A program made the position numbers and the translations under genes. Positions 28,351-38,439 of a DNA stretch of 64,000 nucleotides are shown here, piece after piece (positions within the stretch are counted from its first letter, which is position 1; each line of letters opens with the position of its first letter). The notes beneath the pieces were generated by a model. The model was not told where the DNA came from and made no database searches. It worked only from the letters and a program-made list of their open reading frames with translations. The stretch is from Chloroflexota bacterium (GTDB taxonomy: Bacteria > Chloroflexota > UBA11872 > VXOZ01): assembly GCA_963662335.2 (NCBI GenBank), contig CAXXVD010000003.1, forward strand, positions 384,001 to 448,000, given 5' to 3'.

Positions 28351-29493
28351 TCAAATGAACGCCGCAGACCCGTCCGGGTTCACGTCGAATGGCCGGTGCC
28401 AGGAGCGGATGGGGTGGCCGCGCAGGTAGTCCTCGTTTAGCTCAATGCCCCAGCCGGGTTTTTCGGGGATTTCCAGGTAGCCGCCCACCAGCTTGACCGG
28501 CTCGTGCAGAATGTCCTTGCGCGGCGATTCGTCGTCGGCGTGGTATTCCAGGATGATGAAGTTGTGGGTAGCCGCGGCGAAGTGGACGTTCACGGCGGTG
28601 GCCACCGGCCCCAGCGGGTTGTGGGGCGCGACCTTGACGTAGTGCGCCTCGGCCAGCGCCGCAATCTTGCGCATCTCGGTCAGGCCGCCGCAGACGCAGA
28701 TGTCTGGCTGGATGATGGTCGCCGCCTGCTTCTCCAAGAGTTCCCGGAAGCCGAACGAGGTGTAGAGCATCTCGCCGGTGGCGACGGGGACGGGCGACCG
28801 CCGCGCGAACCACGCCATGGCGTCGATGTTTTCCGGCCGCAGCGGCTCCTCGAAGAAGAACGGTTGTGAGGGCGCCACCGCCGCCGCCATCTCCAGGGCG
28901 CGCGCCGGCTCGAAGATCTTCGCGTGGGGATCGAGGCCAATGTCCACGTCCGGCCCGACGGCCTCCCGCACCGCCGCGATGCGCTCGCCGGCCGCCGCCA
29001 CCACGGCGTTCCAGGACATCTGGCTGGCGTTCGGCGGATGCGGCGCCATCTTGAGCGCCGTATAACCATACTTTTTTACCAACGCTTTCGCGCTCTCCGC
29101 GCAGTCTGCCGGTGTCGCGCCGCCGCAGCCCTGGTAGACGCGAATGCGGTCGCGGCACTTGCCGCCCAACAGACGGTACACCGGCTGCCCAGCCGCCTTG
29201 CCGCTGATGTCCCACAGGGCGTGGTCGATGCCGCTGATAGCCGCGTTGATCACCGAGCCGCCGGGAAAGCGCGAGTGCACGTACATGTGATACCAGAGGC
29301 CGTTGACGTCGCGGGGGTCTTTGCCCACAATCCAGTCGCCAAAGTCAGCGACGGCTTCCGCCACCGCCCGGTTCGGCCCCACCGGATAGGCCTCGCCAAT
29401 GCCGCTGATGCCTTCTGAGGTGTTGATCTTCACAATCAGCACGTCGCGGGATGAAATCGGCGCGGCAAGGGTCTCGACGGACGTGATCTTCAT
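28351..29493 (-). CDS. Mandelate racemase/enolase superfamily, galactonate dehydratase (DgoD)-like
   Basis: ALWDISGK, LLGGKCRD, FEEP, ATGE, QPD, APHNP. Confidence 0.9.
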   Translation of the reverse strand: MKITSVETLAAPISSRDVLIVKINTSEGISGIGEAYPVGPNRAVAEAVADFGDWIVGKDPRDVNGLWYHMYVHSRFPGGSVINAAISGIDHALWDISGKAAGQPVYRLLGGKCRDRIRVYQGCGGATPADCAESAKALVKKYGYTALKMAPHPPNASQMSWNAVVAAAGERIAAVREAVGPDVDIGLDPHAKIFEPARALEMAAAVAPSQPFFFEEPLRPENIDAMAWFARRSPVPVATGEMLYTSFGFRELLEKQAATIIQPDICVCGGLTEMRKIAALAEAHYVKVAPHNPLGPVATAVNVHFAAATHNFIILEYHADDESPRKDILHEPVKLVGGYLEIPEKPGWGIELNEDYLRGHPIRSWHRPFDVNPDGSAAFI

Positions 29494-29641
29494 GGTGATT
29501 CACTCGCTTGACAGTTCAATCACGACAACATTGGCAAGAACGTAACGTGCTACGGCAAGAGCGGTCGCGGCGCACAACCGGCATTCTAGGTGCGCGCCGC
29601 CACTCTAGAATGGCTTCAAATCTGTCAGGCCGCGCGGCGCG

Positions 29642-30613
29642 CTAGGCGCACACCGGATGGTCGGACGACCAGCGGTTGAAGTTCTGGGTGGTGGAGGCGG
29701 CCAGTTTGGGGCGGGCGTCTTCCCACATTTGCGTCCACGTATCGGCGTCGCGCAGTTCCGAATCCGGATTGGCGCGGCTGCGGGCCACGAAATCGGGGAA
29801 GACCGGCCGGCCGGTGGGTTGGCCGATCGGCTGGTAGCGCAGGTCGAAGCTCCAGCGCACCTGGTCCTGGGTCTTGTTGTCGTACGAGCAGTGCATGGTC
29901 TTGCGGTGCATCAGCAGGATGCTGCCGGCCTTCATTGGCAGGGGAATGGCTTGCTCAATGTCAATCAACTTCTCCGGTATCCAGACGCCACCCACGCCCG
30001 GGCAATGCACGGCCAGTTCTTCCTCCCGGTGCGAGTAGGGCACGGCGTACATGCAGCTATTCTCGATGGTGGCGTCGTTCAGGGGCAGCCAGACCGTGAG
30101 CATTTCCGTCTCGTCCGCCTCTTCCACCACCACGCCGTTATCCTGGTGCCAGGGCACGGCCACGGAAAGGTTGCTGGGATTCTCCACGTGCACCACGTGG
30201 CGCGGCAGTTTCATGCGCACGTGCTGCACGGGATTGGAGAGGATTTCCGGCCCCACGATGCTCTCCGCGCAGTCCAGCAAACGCGAGTTGATGAGCAGAT
30301 TGAAGACCGCCGGACCCGTGTGCATGGGCGCGCCGGCGCCTTCGGCCTTTTGCGGCAGCGAGATATCGAACGGCTGGGCAAAGATCTGGCCGCTCTCGTC
30401 GCAGACCTGGATGAGGCGCCGGTCGAACGGCAGGTCGGCATAGGTGGAGGAAATCTCGCCCTCAGCGTAGAGTTCACCGGCGATGCGGTCCAGCACGCCG
30501 GCGTATTCCGCCATCACCGGCGCCAGGTCTTCCTCGGGGTCGAGCACGTCGTCCACGACCACGTACCCTTTTTCATCGAGATGATCGAGTTGCGCTTGCG
30601 TCAGGCCGGCCAT
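29642..30613 (-). CDS. Phytanoyl-CoA dioxygenase (PhyH) family protein, paralog 1
   Basis: WHQD, H(CS), RWSFDLRY. Confidence 0.9.
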   Translation of the reverse strand: MAGLTQAQLDHLDEKGYVVVDDVLDPEEDLAPVMAEYAGVLDRIAGELYAEGEISSTYADLPFDRRLIQVCDESGQIFAQPFDISLPQKAEGAGAPMHTGPAVFNLLINSRLLDCAESIVGPEILSNPVQHVRMKLPRHVVHVENPSNLSVAVPWHQDNGVVVEEADETEMLTVWLPLNDATIENSCMYAVPYSHREEELAVHCPGVGGVWIPEKLIDIEQAIPLPMKAGSILLMHRKTMHCSYDNKTQDQVRWSFDLRYQPIGQPTGRPVFPDFVARSRANPDSELRDADTWTQMWEDARPKLAASTTQNFNRWSSDHPVCA

Positions 30614-30759
30614 TGTCTGCTGCTCCTAGACTTCCACGGTGAACCGAATGCGCGCAATTGCGCACGATGCCGCGAATGTGAATTTTTGCTCACTTCTCTC
30701 CGCACGGTACCAAGATAATACAACCGGAGCACTTTCGGCAAGCCTTCAAGGGGTTATTG

Positions 30760-31260
30760 GCGCGGGGGGCAAGCCCCAATGCCGCCGCATTAGACTCAGT
30801 TGCGGTGAGAACTCCGCCTCGCACCTCCGGTAGCGCAGGTTTGCAACCTGCGTCTTCCCTAAGAGTCAGTCCACTCCGTGTCCTCTTCTCTTGCCCCGGC
30901 GGGGGACAAGCCCCCGCGCTACGTTCTTAGAGACAACTAGCCATATCGTCATTGCTGTGCGTGTTGGCTAGTCTGCTGACAGCATCTACTGTGCGCTAGA
31001 CAGAATCCACAGCGTATGTCATTCCGAGCGCAGCGAGGAATCTAGGGCCGATGCTGCAGACGATCTGATGGAGTCTGCACCCTAGATTCCTCACTGCGCT
31101 GCGCTCCGTTCGGAATGACATGTGTCATGGTGAATTGGCTCCGTTCGGAATTGTAAATGTCGACTAATTCGTTAACAGACTTCCTGGTGCAGTGGCGGCG
31201 GGGGACAAGCCCCCGCGCTACGTCAACCCGATACCACTGAGACAAGCTCCCGCGCTAGGT
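30760..31260. repeat. Mosaic REP cluster between PhyH paralogs
   Basis: IS-end scar 30777-30793, REP-B 30829-30852, REP-A 30899-30922 and 31198-31221, GTCATTCCGAGCG doublet 31017-31120. Confidence 0.85.
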
Positions 31261-31318
31261 TCGCGCCGAATACGCACGGGAGCCGTGGCACGGAACGAAC
31301 GTGTGTTCGCCAAAGCCC

Positions 31319-32293
31319 CTACGCGCACCCCGGATCGTCGGCGTTCCAACGGTTGAACTGCTTCTTGGTAGAAGCGGCCAGCGTCGGGCGCACGTCTTCC
31401 CACAGTTGCGCCCACGCGGCGGCATCCCGCAGTTCCGTTTCCGGGTTGGCGCGGCTGCGGGCCACAAAGTCCGGGAAGAGCGGGCGGCCGGTGGGTTGGC
31501 CGGCCGGCTGGTAGCGCAGGTCGAAGCTCCAGCGCACCTCGTCTTCCGTCTTGTTGTCGTACGAGCAGTGCATGGTCCTGCGGTGCATGAATAGCACGCT
31601 GCCGGCCTGCATGGGCAGGGGCACGGCATGCTCCAGTTTGATGCGGTCATGGGGAATCGAGGTGCCGCCGCCCCGCCAGCCGGGGCAGTGCAGGGCGATG
31701 CCGTCCCGGTGGGAGTAGGGCACCACGTACAGGCAGCTATTCTCGATTGTAGACTCGTTGAGCGGCAGCCACACGGTGAGCATGTCGGTATCGTCCGCTT
31801 CCGCTATCACCACGCCGTTATCCTGGTGCCAGGGCGTGGGGCCGGCCAGGCCGGACGAGCCCTCCACGTGCACCGCGTGGAGCGGCAACTTCATGCGCAC
31901 GTGCTGTATCGGGTTGGAAAGCACCTCCGGCCCCAGAATGCTCTCGACGCAATCGAGCAAACGCGCATTGACGAGCAGGCCGAACACGGCCGGGCCGGTG
32001 TGCATGGGCGCGTCGACGCCGTTGGCATTCTGCGGCAGCGAGATGTCGAACGGCTGGGTGAAGAGGCGTTCGCTCTCGTCGCAGACGCAGATGAGCCGCT
32101 GGTCGAACGGCAGGTCGGCGTAGGTGGAGGAAATTACCCCCTCCGCGTGAAGTTCATTGGCGATGCGGTCCAGCACGTCGCCGTATTCCGCCATCACCGG
32201 TTCCAGGTCTTCCGCCGGGTCGAGCACGTCGTCGACGACTACGTAGCCTTGGTCGCGGTATTGCTCAAGTTGCGCGTGTGTCAAGCCGGCCAT
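31319..32293 (-). CDS. PhyH family protein, paralog 2 (tandem duplicate of paralog 1)
   Basis: Colinear with and highly similar to 29642-30613. Confidence 0.9.
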   Translation of the reverse strand: MAGLTHAQLEQYRDQGYVVVDDVLDPAEDLEPVMAEYGDVLDRIANELHAEGVISSTYADLPFDQRLICVCDESERLFTQPFDISLPQNANGVDAPMHTGPAVFGLLVNARLLDCVESILGPEVLSNPIQHVRMKLPLHAVHVEGSSGLAGPTPWHQDNGVVIAEADDTDMLTVWLPLNESTIENSCLYVVPYSHRDGIALHCPGWRGGGTSIPHDRIKLEHAVPLPMQAGSVLFMHRRTMHCSYDNKTEDEVRWSFDLRYQPAGQPTGRPLFPDFVARSRANPETELRDAAAWAQLWEDVRPTLAASTKKQFNRWNADDPGCA

Positions 32294-32468
32294 GGCTCAA
32301 TGCTCCTTTCCTCTAGGGACGCGCCTCTTGCCCATGAGAGCGCGTCAGCCAAAGGGTTTGAGAATTGTCTATGCCTACGTTTCGTACCTATCATATCCGA
32401 GCGTGCATCTCTTCACGAGTCCGATAGGCAGTACAATACGGGAAGGACGGAGAAAACGGGGAAGGTTT

Positions 32469-32903
32469 ATGAGTCCGGTCGCTGGCCGAACACGCCGCGC
32501 GCTAACCTGCGTGCTGCTTGCCCTGTTGCTGGCCGCGTGCGGCGGCGCGGGCTTTCTGGAGTCGGATTCGGCGCGCTCGCGCGACGCGCAGATACAGGCG
32601 GGCAGTCCTATCGATAGCGAAGAGGCGGCGCTCGCGGCGGTGCACGCGCATCTGGCCCAGGTGACCTCCTGCCGCGCGGCGCGGGTGCGGCTGGATGAAG
32701 ACTTCGCCGCCGGCAGGTTCGCCGCGCACTTGACCTCCGCCTATTCTCTCCGCCGCCAGCAGCCGGTGTGGGAAGTGGGATTTGCCGGCGACCTGCACAT
32801 CCCGTACGTCATCTGGTTCGTGGAGCAGAGCGACGGCACGGTGCTGGCCAGCATCAGCGCGGCGACGTATTACGAATCGCCGCTGCTGCATGTATGCCGC
32901 TAG
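32469..32903 (+). CDS. Hypothetical lipoprotein
   Basis: Basic N-terminus, hydrophobic stretch, LAAC lipobox. Confidence 0.6.
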   Translation: MSPVAGRTRRALTCVLLALLLAACGGAGFLESDSARSRDAQIQAGSPIDSEEAALAAVHAHLAQVTSCRAARVRLDEDFAAGRFAAHLTSAYSLRRQQPVWEVGFAGDLHIPYVIWFVEQSDGTVLASISAATYYESPLLHVCR

Positions 32904-32933
32904 AGTATCACCAAATCGCTGCGCTCGCTGCGG

Positions 32934-33683
32934 TCAATGGCGCGGGCCGGCTGATGGTGAGCCCAGCGCTTCCCGCACGGCCGCCAGCGCTTCCGGCAGC
33001 GTGAACGCGCCGCGGTAGAGCGCCGAGCCGACGATTGCGCCCTCCACGCCGAGCGCCGCCAATCTCGTGAGGTGTTCCAGCGCCGCCACGCCGCCGGAAG
33101 CGATCACCGGCGCGTCCACCGCCGCCGCCAGCGCGCCGGTCGCGTCGAAATTCGGTTGGCTGAGCGTGCCGTCGCGCTCCACGTCGGTATAGAGGAAGCG
33201 GCTCACGCCCACGTCCACCATCTGGCGCGCCAGGTCGAACATGTCAACCGCGCTCTGCCGCTGCCAGCCATGGGTCATCACCTTGCCGTCGCGGGCGTCC
33301 AAGGCCACCACCACCCGGCCGGGATAGCGCGCGCACGCCTCGGCCACCAATTCCGGCTGCTCCAGCGCCGCCGTGCCCAGGACAATGCGCGCTACACCGG
33401 CCGCTACTACCGCCTCTACGGCAGCGAGGTCGCGCAACCCGCCGCCCATTTGCACGGGAATGTCCAGCGCCGCCGCCACCGCCGCCACCACCGGCAGATT
33501 CCGGCCGCTGCCGCGCTCGGTGCCGTCCAGGTCCACCACGTGCAGCAGCGCCGCGCCCTGCGCCTGCCAGCCGCGCGCGGTCTCCACCGGCTCGCGGGAG
33601 AAGACCGTGCGCTGGGCGAAGTCGCCCTGGTAGAGGCGCACCACCGCGCCGTCCTTGATGTCAATCGCGGGAATTACCTGCAT
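32934..33683 (-). CDS. hisA: ProFAR isomerase HisA
   Basis: IPAIDIKDG, HVVDLDG, GGGLR, TDVERDG, ASGGV. Confidence 0.95.
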   Translation of the reverse strand: MQVIPAIDIKDGAVVRLYQGDFAQRTVFSREPVETARGWQAQGAALLHVVDLDGTERGSGRNLPVVAAVAAALDIPVQMGGGLRDLAAVEAVVAAGVARIVLGTAALEQPELVAEACARYPGRVVVALDARDGKVMTHGWQRQSAVDMFDLARQMVDVGVSRFLYTDVERDGTLSQPNFDATGALAAAVDAPVIASGGVAALEHLTRLAALGVEGAIVGSALYRGAFTLPEALAAVREALGSPSAGPRH

Positions 33684-33723
33684 GTCTCTCAATATCGCTT
33701 CTATCGAACATAGCTTGACCACC

Positions 33724-33920
33724 GTAGCGCGGGGGCTTGTCCCCCGCCTCTTGGCGTCAAAAGCAAACCCCCCTTTGGCGGTAACGTGCCTTGCGCTCGC
33801 GGCATCCGTTCATCCTTCGACAGGCTCAGGACGAACGGATGCTGAAATCTCTGATGGTCGCTAATCCTCTCCGTTCGCGCTGGGCCAGCCTTTCCTGAAC
33901 TTGACGAAGGGTCGAAGCGC
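33724..33920. repeat. REP-A plus CCTTCGACAGGCTCAGG-type palindromes inside the his operon
   Basis: GTAGCGCGGGGGCTTGTCCCCCGC 33724-33747; CCGTTCATCCTTCGACAGGCTCAGGACGAACGG (related copy near 53787). Confidence 0.75.
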
Positions 33921-33932
33921 TCTTACTGAGTT

Positions 33933-34562
33933 TTACGATGCTTTCGCGCCGGACTCACCCGTCGCCCACGCCACGAAATTCGCATACAGCTTTAACCCCA
34001 TCGCCGCGCTCTTCTCCGGGTGAAACTGGGTCGCAAAGACGTTCTCCCGCGCCAGCACGCTGGGGAACGCGACGCCGTAGTCGGTGGCGCCGGCCGTCAG
34101 CGCGGCGTCCTCCGGGTCGGTGTAGTACGAGTGCACGAAGTAGAAAAAAGCGTCGTCCGGGACGCCGGCGAACATGGGATGCGCCTGGGTCTGCCGCACC
34201 TGGTTCCAGCCCATGTGCGGCACGGTCAGCCCCTTGGGAAAGCGCCGCACCACGCCGGGATAGACGTCCAGGCAGGGCGTGCCGCCGTCCTCCTCGCTGG
34301 CCGTGAGCAGCACCTGCAACCCCATGCAGATGCCAAAATACGGCGTGCCGGCCGCAATCGCGTCCTTCACCACGTCAATCATGCCGTGCCGCGCCAACCC
34401 GCGTATCGTATCCCCCGCCGCCCCCACACCCGGCAGTATCACCGCCGCCGCCCCCGCCACCACCGCCGCCTCCGACGTCACCACATAATCCGCCGTATAC
34501 AACCCCACCGCCCGGCTGACGCTGCGCAAGTTTCCGGCGCCGTAGTCGATAATGGCAATCAT
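33933..34562 (-). CDS. hisH: Imidazole glycerol phosphate synthase subunit HisH
   Basis: DYGAGN, PGVG, GICMG, PHMGWN, QFHPEKS. Confidence 0.97.
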   Translation of the reverse strand: MIAIIDYGAGNLRSVSRAVGLYTADYVVTSEAAVVAGAAAVILPGVGAAGDTIRGLARHGMIDVVKDAIAAGTPYFGICMGLQVLLTASEEDGGTPCLDVYPGVVRRFPKGLTVPHMGWNQVRQTQAHPMFAGVPDDAFFYFVHSYYTDPEDAALTAGATDYGVAFPSVLARENVFATQFHPEKSAAMGLKLYANFVAWATGESGAKAS

Positions 34563-34768
34563 GCTAGGTCTTCTTCGGTTACTCGAAGCGGTACTCCCGT
34601 ATCATATCGCCTTGTAGCCTGCTACTTCAACACCATGGCAACCGCTGAGGCCCTCTCCGTGGGCGGTCACCGTCTACATCCAAATCCTACCGCGCACTGT
34701 GTATCGTCGAATCGAGAAGCGCCCGCCGATTCACTGTGCTAGGCTTGGAGAGAGGAAAGGCGGGTGGC

Positions 34769-35368
34769 ATGTTCAAGTCATTGAAAGACGTTCTGCCGGG
34801 GACGATCGAGGAGCTTGGCATTGGGGAGCGGTTGGAAGAGGCGGCGGTGAAGGCGGCGTGGCGGCGGGTGGTGGCGGGGTTGCCGGCTCATGCGCGGGGG
34901 GCGCGGGCGAGCGGTTTTCGGCGGGGCGTGCTGGTGGTGCAAGCGCCCTCGTCCGCCGCCGTGCACGAACTCCACATGCGCGTGCCGCAACTGCTGCGCG
35001 CGGTGAACACGGCCTTGGGTCGGCCGCTGGTGACCGCATTGGAATTCCGGGCCACGGGCCGGCGCGCGCCAACCCGCGCGGCCGCGACACTACGGCCGCA
35101 ACCGGCCGCCGAGACCGCCAAGAGCGCGTCCACAGACCCAACACCCGCGCGTCAGGCGGCCGCGCAGGACGACGCCGCCGACCGCGAACGGCGCCTGCGC
35201 CAAGCGATCGACCTCATCCAGAACCCGGCCGTGCGCCGGCAAGCCCTCGCCCGCCTGGCCAAATCAGAAGAACAGCCTGAACGCTGCACCGTCTGCGGCA
35301 CCCCGGTCAGCGCCCCCGGCCTCTGCGCCCTCTGCCGCGCCCACGAGGGGCAGGAGAGCGGCGTGTAG
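34769..35368 (+). CDS. DciA/DUF721 protein with a C-terminal Zn finger
   Basis: AWRRVVA...GVLVVQAPSSAAVHEL pattern; CTVC...CALC. Confidence 0.75.
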   Translation: MFKSLKDVLPGTIEELGIGERLEEAAVKAAWRRVVAGLPAHARGARASGFRRGVLVVQAPSSAAVHELHMRVPQLLRAVNTALGRPLVTALEFRATGRRAPTRAAATLRPQPAAETAKSASTDPTPARQAAAQDDAADRERRLRQAIDLIQNPAVRRQALARLAKSEEQPERCTVCGTPVSAPGLCALCRAHEGQESGV

Positions 35369-35536
35369 GACTAGCTCGTACAACAGCGGTAGGACTGACT
35401 TGAAAGTAGACAACTCCACATGTGAATAGTAAGTGCACACGAAGAGTCCTACTCTACTTACTTTCTCAATGGAAGTACTCTGGCGCTCCCAACTTACTAG
35501 TAGCGTTTTATTTCCAATGTTGGCACTGTCCTCAGT

Positions 35537-36790
35537 TTACTTTGGATTTGCATCCAAAATAACGAGACTTTCTCTCAGCGGGCTGGCGTGTTCCTTACCA
35601 GTGGAAGAAAGCTTCGCTTGATGTTGACCAGAACTCCGATGGCGCCTAAGCAAATGAATTTCCCTCAGGTTCCAGCCGACCTGGTCGCCAACTTGCGCGA
35701 CGATTAGGTCGACAGGAACTTCAACCCCTCCGTACGCCGAGGTTGACACTACAAGCCAAACTACAGCGTCGGCACGAGCGGCTAAACGAAGTGCCTCAAG
35801 GACCAATCGAAGATCTTCGAAATACGCTTGTACCATCTCGGGTATTCTCTTGTCCCACAGATTCGCCCTGTTGGCTCTGATAGCCTCGTGGCATTCGAGG
35901 AATGCGGGACCGAAATCGGTCTCTACTGGAGGTTTCCAAGATGCTTGAACATGGGACCTCACGGTGCGATGGCGCAATGCCCTAAGCTCTTTAGCAGACT
36001 GAACAAAGCCACCCAAAAACAGTTCAGGACGATATACATCTGTATAGTCGAAGGAGTTCAAATATGGTGGGGACGTTACGCAGAGCTTAAATCCTTGAAA
36101 TTGATGGGGGAGTCCTGAGCGGCTATCTGCTACGTCGATGTGTGCCGAGGTTACTTCGACCCCGCCAATCGTGATGTCTTCGACTATTTCGGCCACCCGC
36201 AAGCCGAAGGCAGCATCTAACTCCCTTCGGCTGAATTGCCGGCGCATAAGTGCTTCACGATACCTTAGAGCCTTACCGTCTCTACTGAAGTTTGCACAAT
36301 CCAAGATCGACTTCAATAGGCATAATCTCAATAGATCTCTTGTTGTAATTGGAGCCTGATCAAGGGAATGCCATGCCCCATGAAATCCCTTAAGAACGCT
36401 CTGGTTGAATAAACCGCGTCTACTCTTTGTTCTTGCGAATGTTGAGAAACCGATTAAGGGGGAATAAGCGCCACTTTGGATTCCATGTCTCGCTCGCTCG
36501 CTCCAGATTGACACAGAAGATTTCGTGGCAGTCAAAGTCTTAGTTCTTGCTGTAAACGCCAAGAAAGGATTAACTTCTGCTGCTGCCGAGGGAATCCCAC
36601 ACCGCGCAGCTTCTAGTGGAACGGTGCCGCTTCCACAGAATGGATCCACGACAAGGTCAGTAAACGAACAGCCTTCGGACTTGATGGCGGTCTGAACAAG
36701 GTATGGCGAGAAGCCTTCTTTTACCCAATACCAGCGATGCCTGGGTTCGTTACGAGTATCTTTCGCAGCTGAAATTGACTTCCAAGTCAT
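35537..36790 (-). CDS. Amino-type DNA methyltransferase (SPPY, likely m4C, alpha motif order)
   Basis: DPFCGSGT SAM-binding motif precedes TSPPY catalytic motif. Confidence 0.9.
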   Translation of the reverse strand: MTWKSISAAKDTRNEPRHRWYWVKEGFSPYLVQTAIKSEGCSFTDLVVDPFCGSGTVPLEAARCGIPSAAAEVNPFLAFTARTKTLTATKSSVSIWSERARHGIQSGAYSPLIGFSTFARTKSRRGLFNQSVLKGFHGAWHSLDQAPITTRDLLRLCLLKSILDCANFSRDGKALRYREALMRRQFSRRELDAAFGLRVAEIVEDITIGGVEVTSAHIDVADSRSGLPHQFQGFKLCVTSPPYLNSFDYTDVYRPELFLGGFVQSAKELRALRHRTVRSHVQASWKPPVETDFGPAFLECHEAIRANRANLWDKRIPEMVQAYFEDLRLVLEALRLAARADAVVWLVVSTSAYGGVEVPVDLIVAQVGDQVGWNLREIHLLRRHRSSGQHQAKLSSTGKEHASPLRESLVILDANPK

Positions 36791-37836
36791 GAGCAGATTG
36801 GCTCAGCAAACATGCGGAATGGCGCGTTGAAGTCATTTCGTTCGACTTCATACCTTGGCTCAAACTCAATCTCCTGGTGAGCGAAGTACATCCCATTCTC
36901 GTGATTTGTTGTGGTCGTCTCATCTGTCAATCCTTTGCGACGAGCGTCCAACACCACAAGGTATCCCCTTGCAGCAGCGGAAGGCGATGAGCCTGCAAAC
37001 CTATCCAAATAGCATGCCAATTGGTGTGCGCCATGGACTGCCCGCTTAGCGGTGAATTCAGTAGCCTGTGAGCCGTCCGAATGCTTTGACTTTCCCAGCC
37101 ACTTTACTTCTATTAGGGCAACCCTATTCGAAAAGTGGAAAGTTACGCGGATGTCAACTGGGTGAGAAGCATCGACGTTTTGCTCTCGCATCACTTCTGC
37201 GTCGCTTCGGAGTGTGAAGTGAAGAAAGTTCTGCAGTGACCGCTGAATCTTAGCCTCTGGCTTCTCAACTAGGAAAAGTCTATTCTTGTCGTGCCACACG
37301 GTCTCCAGAATAGGGCACTCAGAGTTTCTGACAATCGGGTAACTGTAATAAGCCAATGCATCGGCAAGATCCGCGAAGTGAGGCGCAGAGAAAATACTCT
37401 GTTCTCCTGCAAATAGACGTGGTAATGATACTTCCTCCTGCGAGATTAGGAACCGTTCACTCCCGTGGTTGTGTTGGAATACTACGCCAGACTTGCTAAG
37501 TTCCCAAACATCCATGGGTGGCTCCCTGACCCAAAGGCGCAAAGCATTAGTTGACGAATCTACTTCTACTGTAAACCCAGTCTCAACGTATTGCGTGAGA
37601 CCGTTAACGTCGACTACAGGGGTACCGATGTTCGGTTGCTCTTCTACATCTTGGTGGACCCGCGAGAAAATGACTACGGGCCCTCCCAATTGTGAGGGGT
37701 CAATAACCCTAAAGACCTGCCGACAGGTCTGGTACACTGCCCTGATGGAAGTATCGCCACCGTCAGGAAAGCTGCGAACTGCGGTTGGAACCGCGAGACT
37801 CTGAGCTAAGTTCTGCAATCGCTCGTAGTCTATCAT
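36787..37836 (-). CDS. Putative PD-(D/E)xK nuclease effector with an unknown N-terminal domain
   Basis: PEAKIQ...VMREQ...PVDI...LIEVKW; ATGA overlaps with both neighbours. Confidence 0.7.
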   Translation of the reverse strand: MIDYERLQNLAQSLAVPTAVRSFPDGGDTSIRAVYQTCRQVFRVIDPSQLGGPVVIFSRVHQDVEEQPNIGTPVVDVNGLTQYVETGFTVEVDSSTNALRLWVREPPMDVWELSKSGVVFQHNHGSERFLISQEEVSLPRLFAGEQSIFSAPHFADLADALAYYSYPIVRNSECPILETVWHDKNRLFLVEKPEAKIQRSLQNFLHFTLRSDAEVMREQNVDASHPVDIRVTFHFSNRVALIEVKWLGKSKHSDGSQATEFTAKRAVHGAHQLACYLDRFAGSSPSAAARGYLVVLDARRKGLTDETTTTNHENGMYFAHQEIEFEPRYEVERNDFNAPFRMFAEPICS

Positions 37837-38429
37837 TCGGAGATACTTGGACCCTGTTCAGCCAGATAGGTAATCCACAAGACCGAAGCCGCGAAGAGAC
37901 TTCCGTTGGCTTCTCCAAGAACGTCCGCAACAGCATCAAATTCGGCATAAAGGCGAGCCATTGCGCTGTACGAAGTCAGAACCCGGCTGCGCCGGTGCGC
38001 AGCAACCAGTGAAAGGTCTGGATCCCGGGCGATTGCAGCCCGAATCAGTCCCGCCGGCAAGGCGTAGACAGTCGCGCTGGCGGAATCGATGTAGTCAAAT
38101 CGGTCTCTCGCTAAGTTTAGCTTGGAGAGAGCTTGTTGCAGTTGGCTGCCCTCCGGAGTTAGTTGAATACTGGTTCCAACTATCGTATATGCGCCCTTCG
38201 ATACGAGTTCTTGAATTTCGACTTCCAGACTCTCGCTGAAAGGTGCTCCGCCAGGGGTCGCAACGAAGGTATACCCCCAATTTGAAGCGCCTTCACCTTT
38301 CCGCGCATACACCGATAGCAATGATGCAAGGTAAGCGAGTAGGTGTATCTCGCCTCTGGTTGGAATAAAGTCTATCCGTCCCAGCAGCGAGCTAATTGTC
38401 AGGCTGTCGAAAGCGGCCTCAATGCGCAT
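37833..38429 (-). CDS. Winged-helix protein, ABC-3C middle-component-like
   Basis: IHLLAYL...GAPFSESL...IQLTPEG wHTH-like pattern. Confidence 0.6.
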   Translation of the reverse strand: MRIEAAFDSLTISSLLGRIDFIPTRGEIHLLAYLASLLSVYARKGEGASNWGYTFVATPGGAPFSESLEVEIQELVSKGAYTIVGTSIQLTPEGSQLQQALSKLNLARDRFDYIDSASATVYALPAGLIRAAIARDPDLSLVAAHRRSRVLTSYSAMARLYAEFDAVADVLGEANGSLFAASVLWITYLAEQGPSISE

Positions 38430-38439
38430 AGAACTTGCT

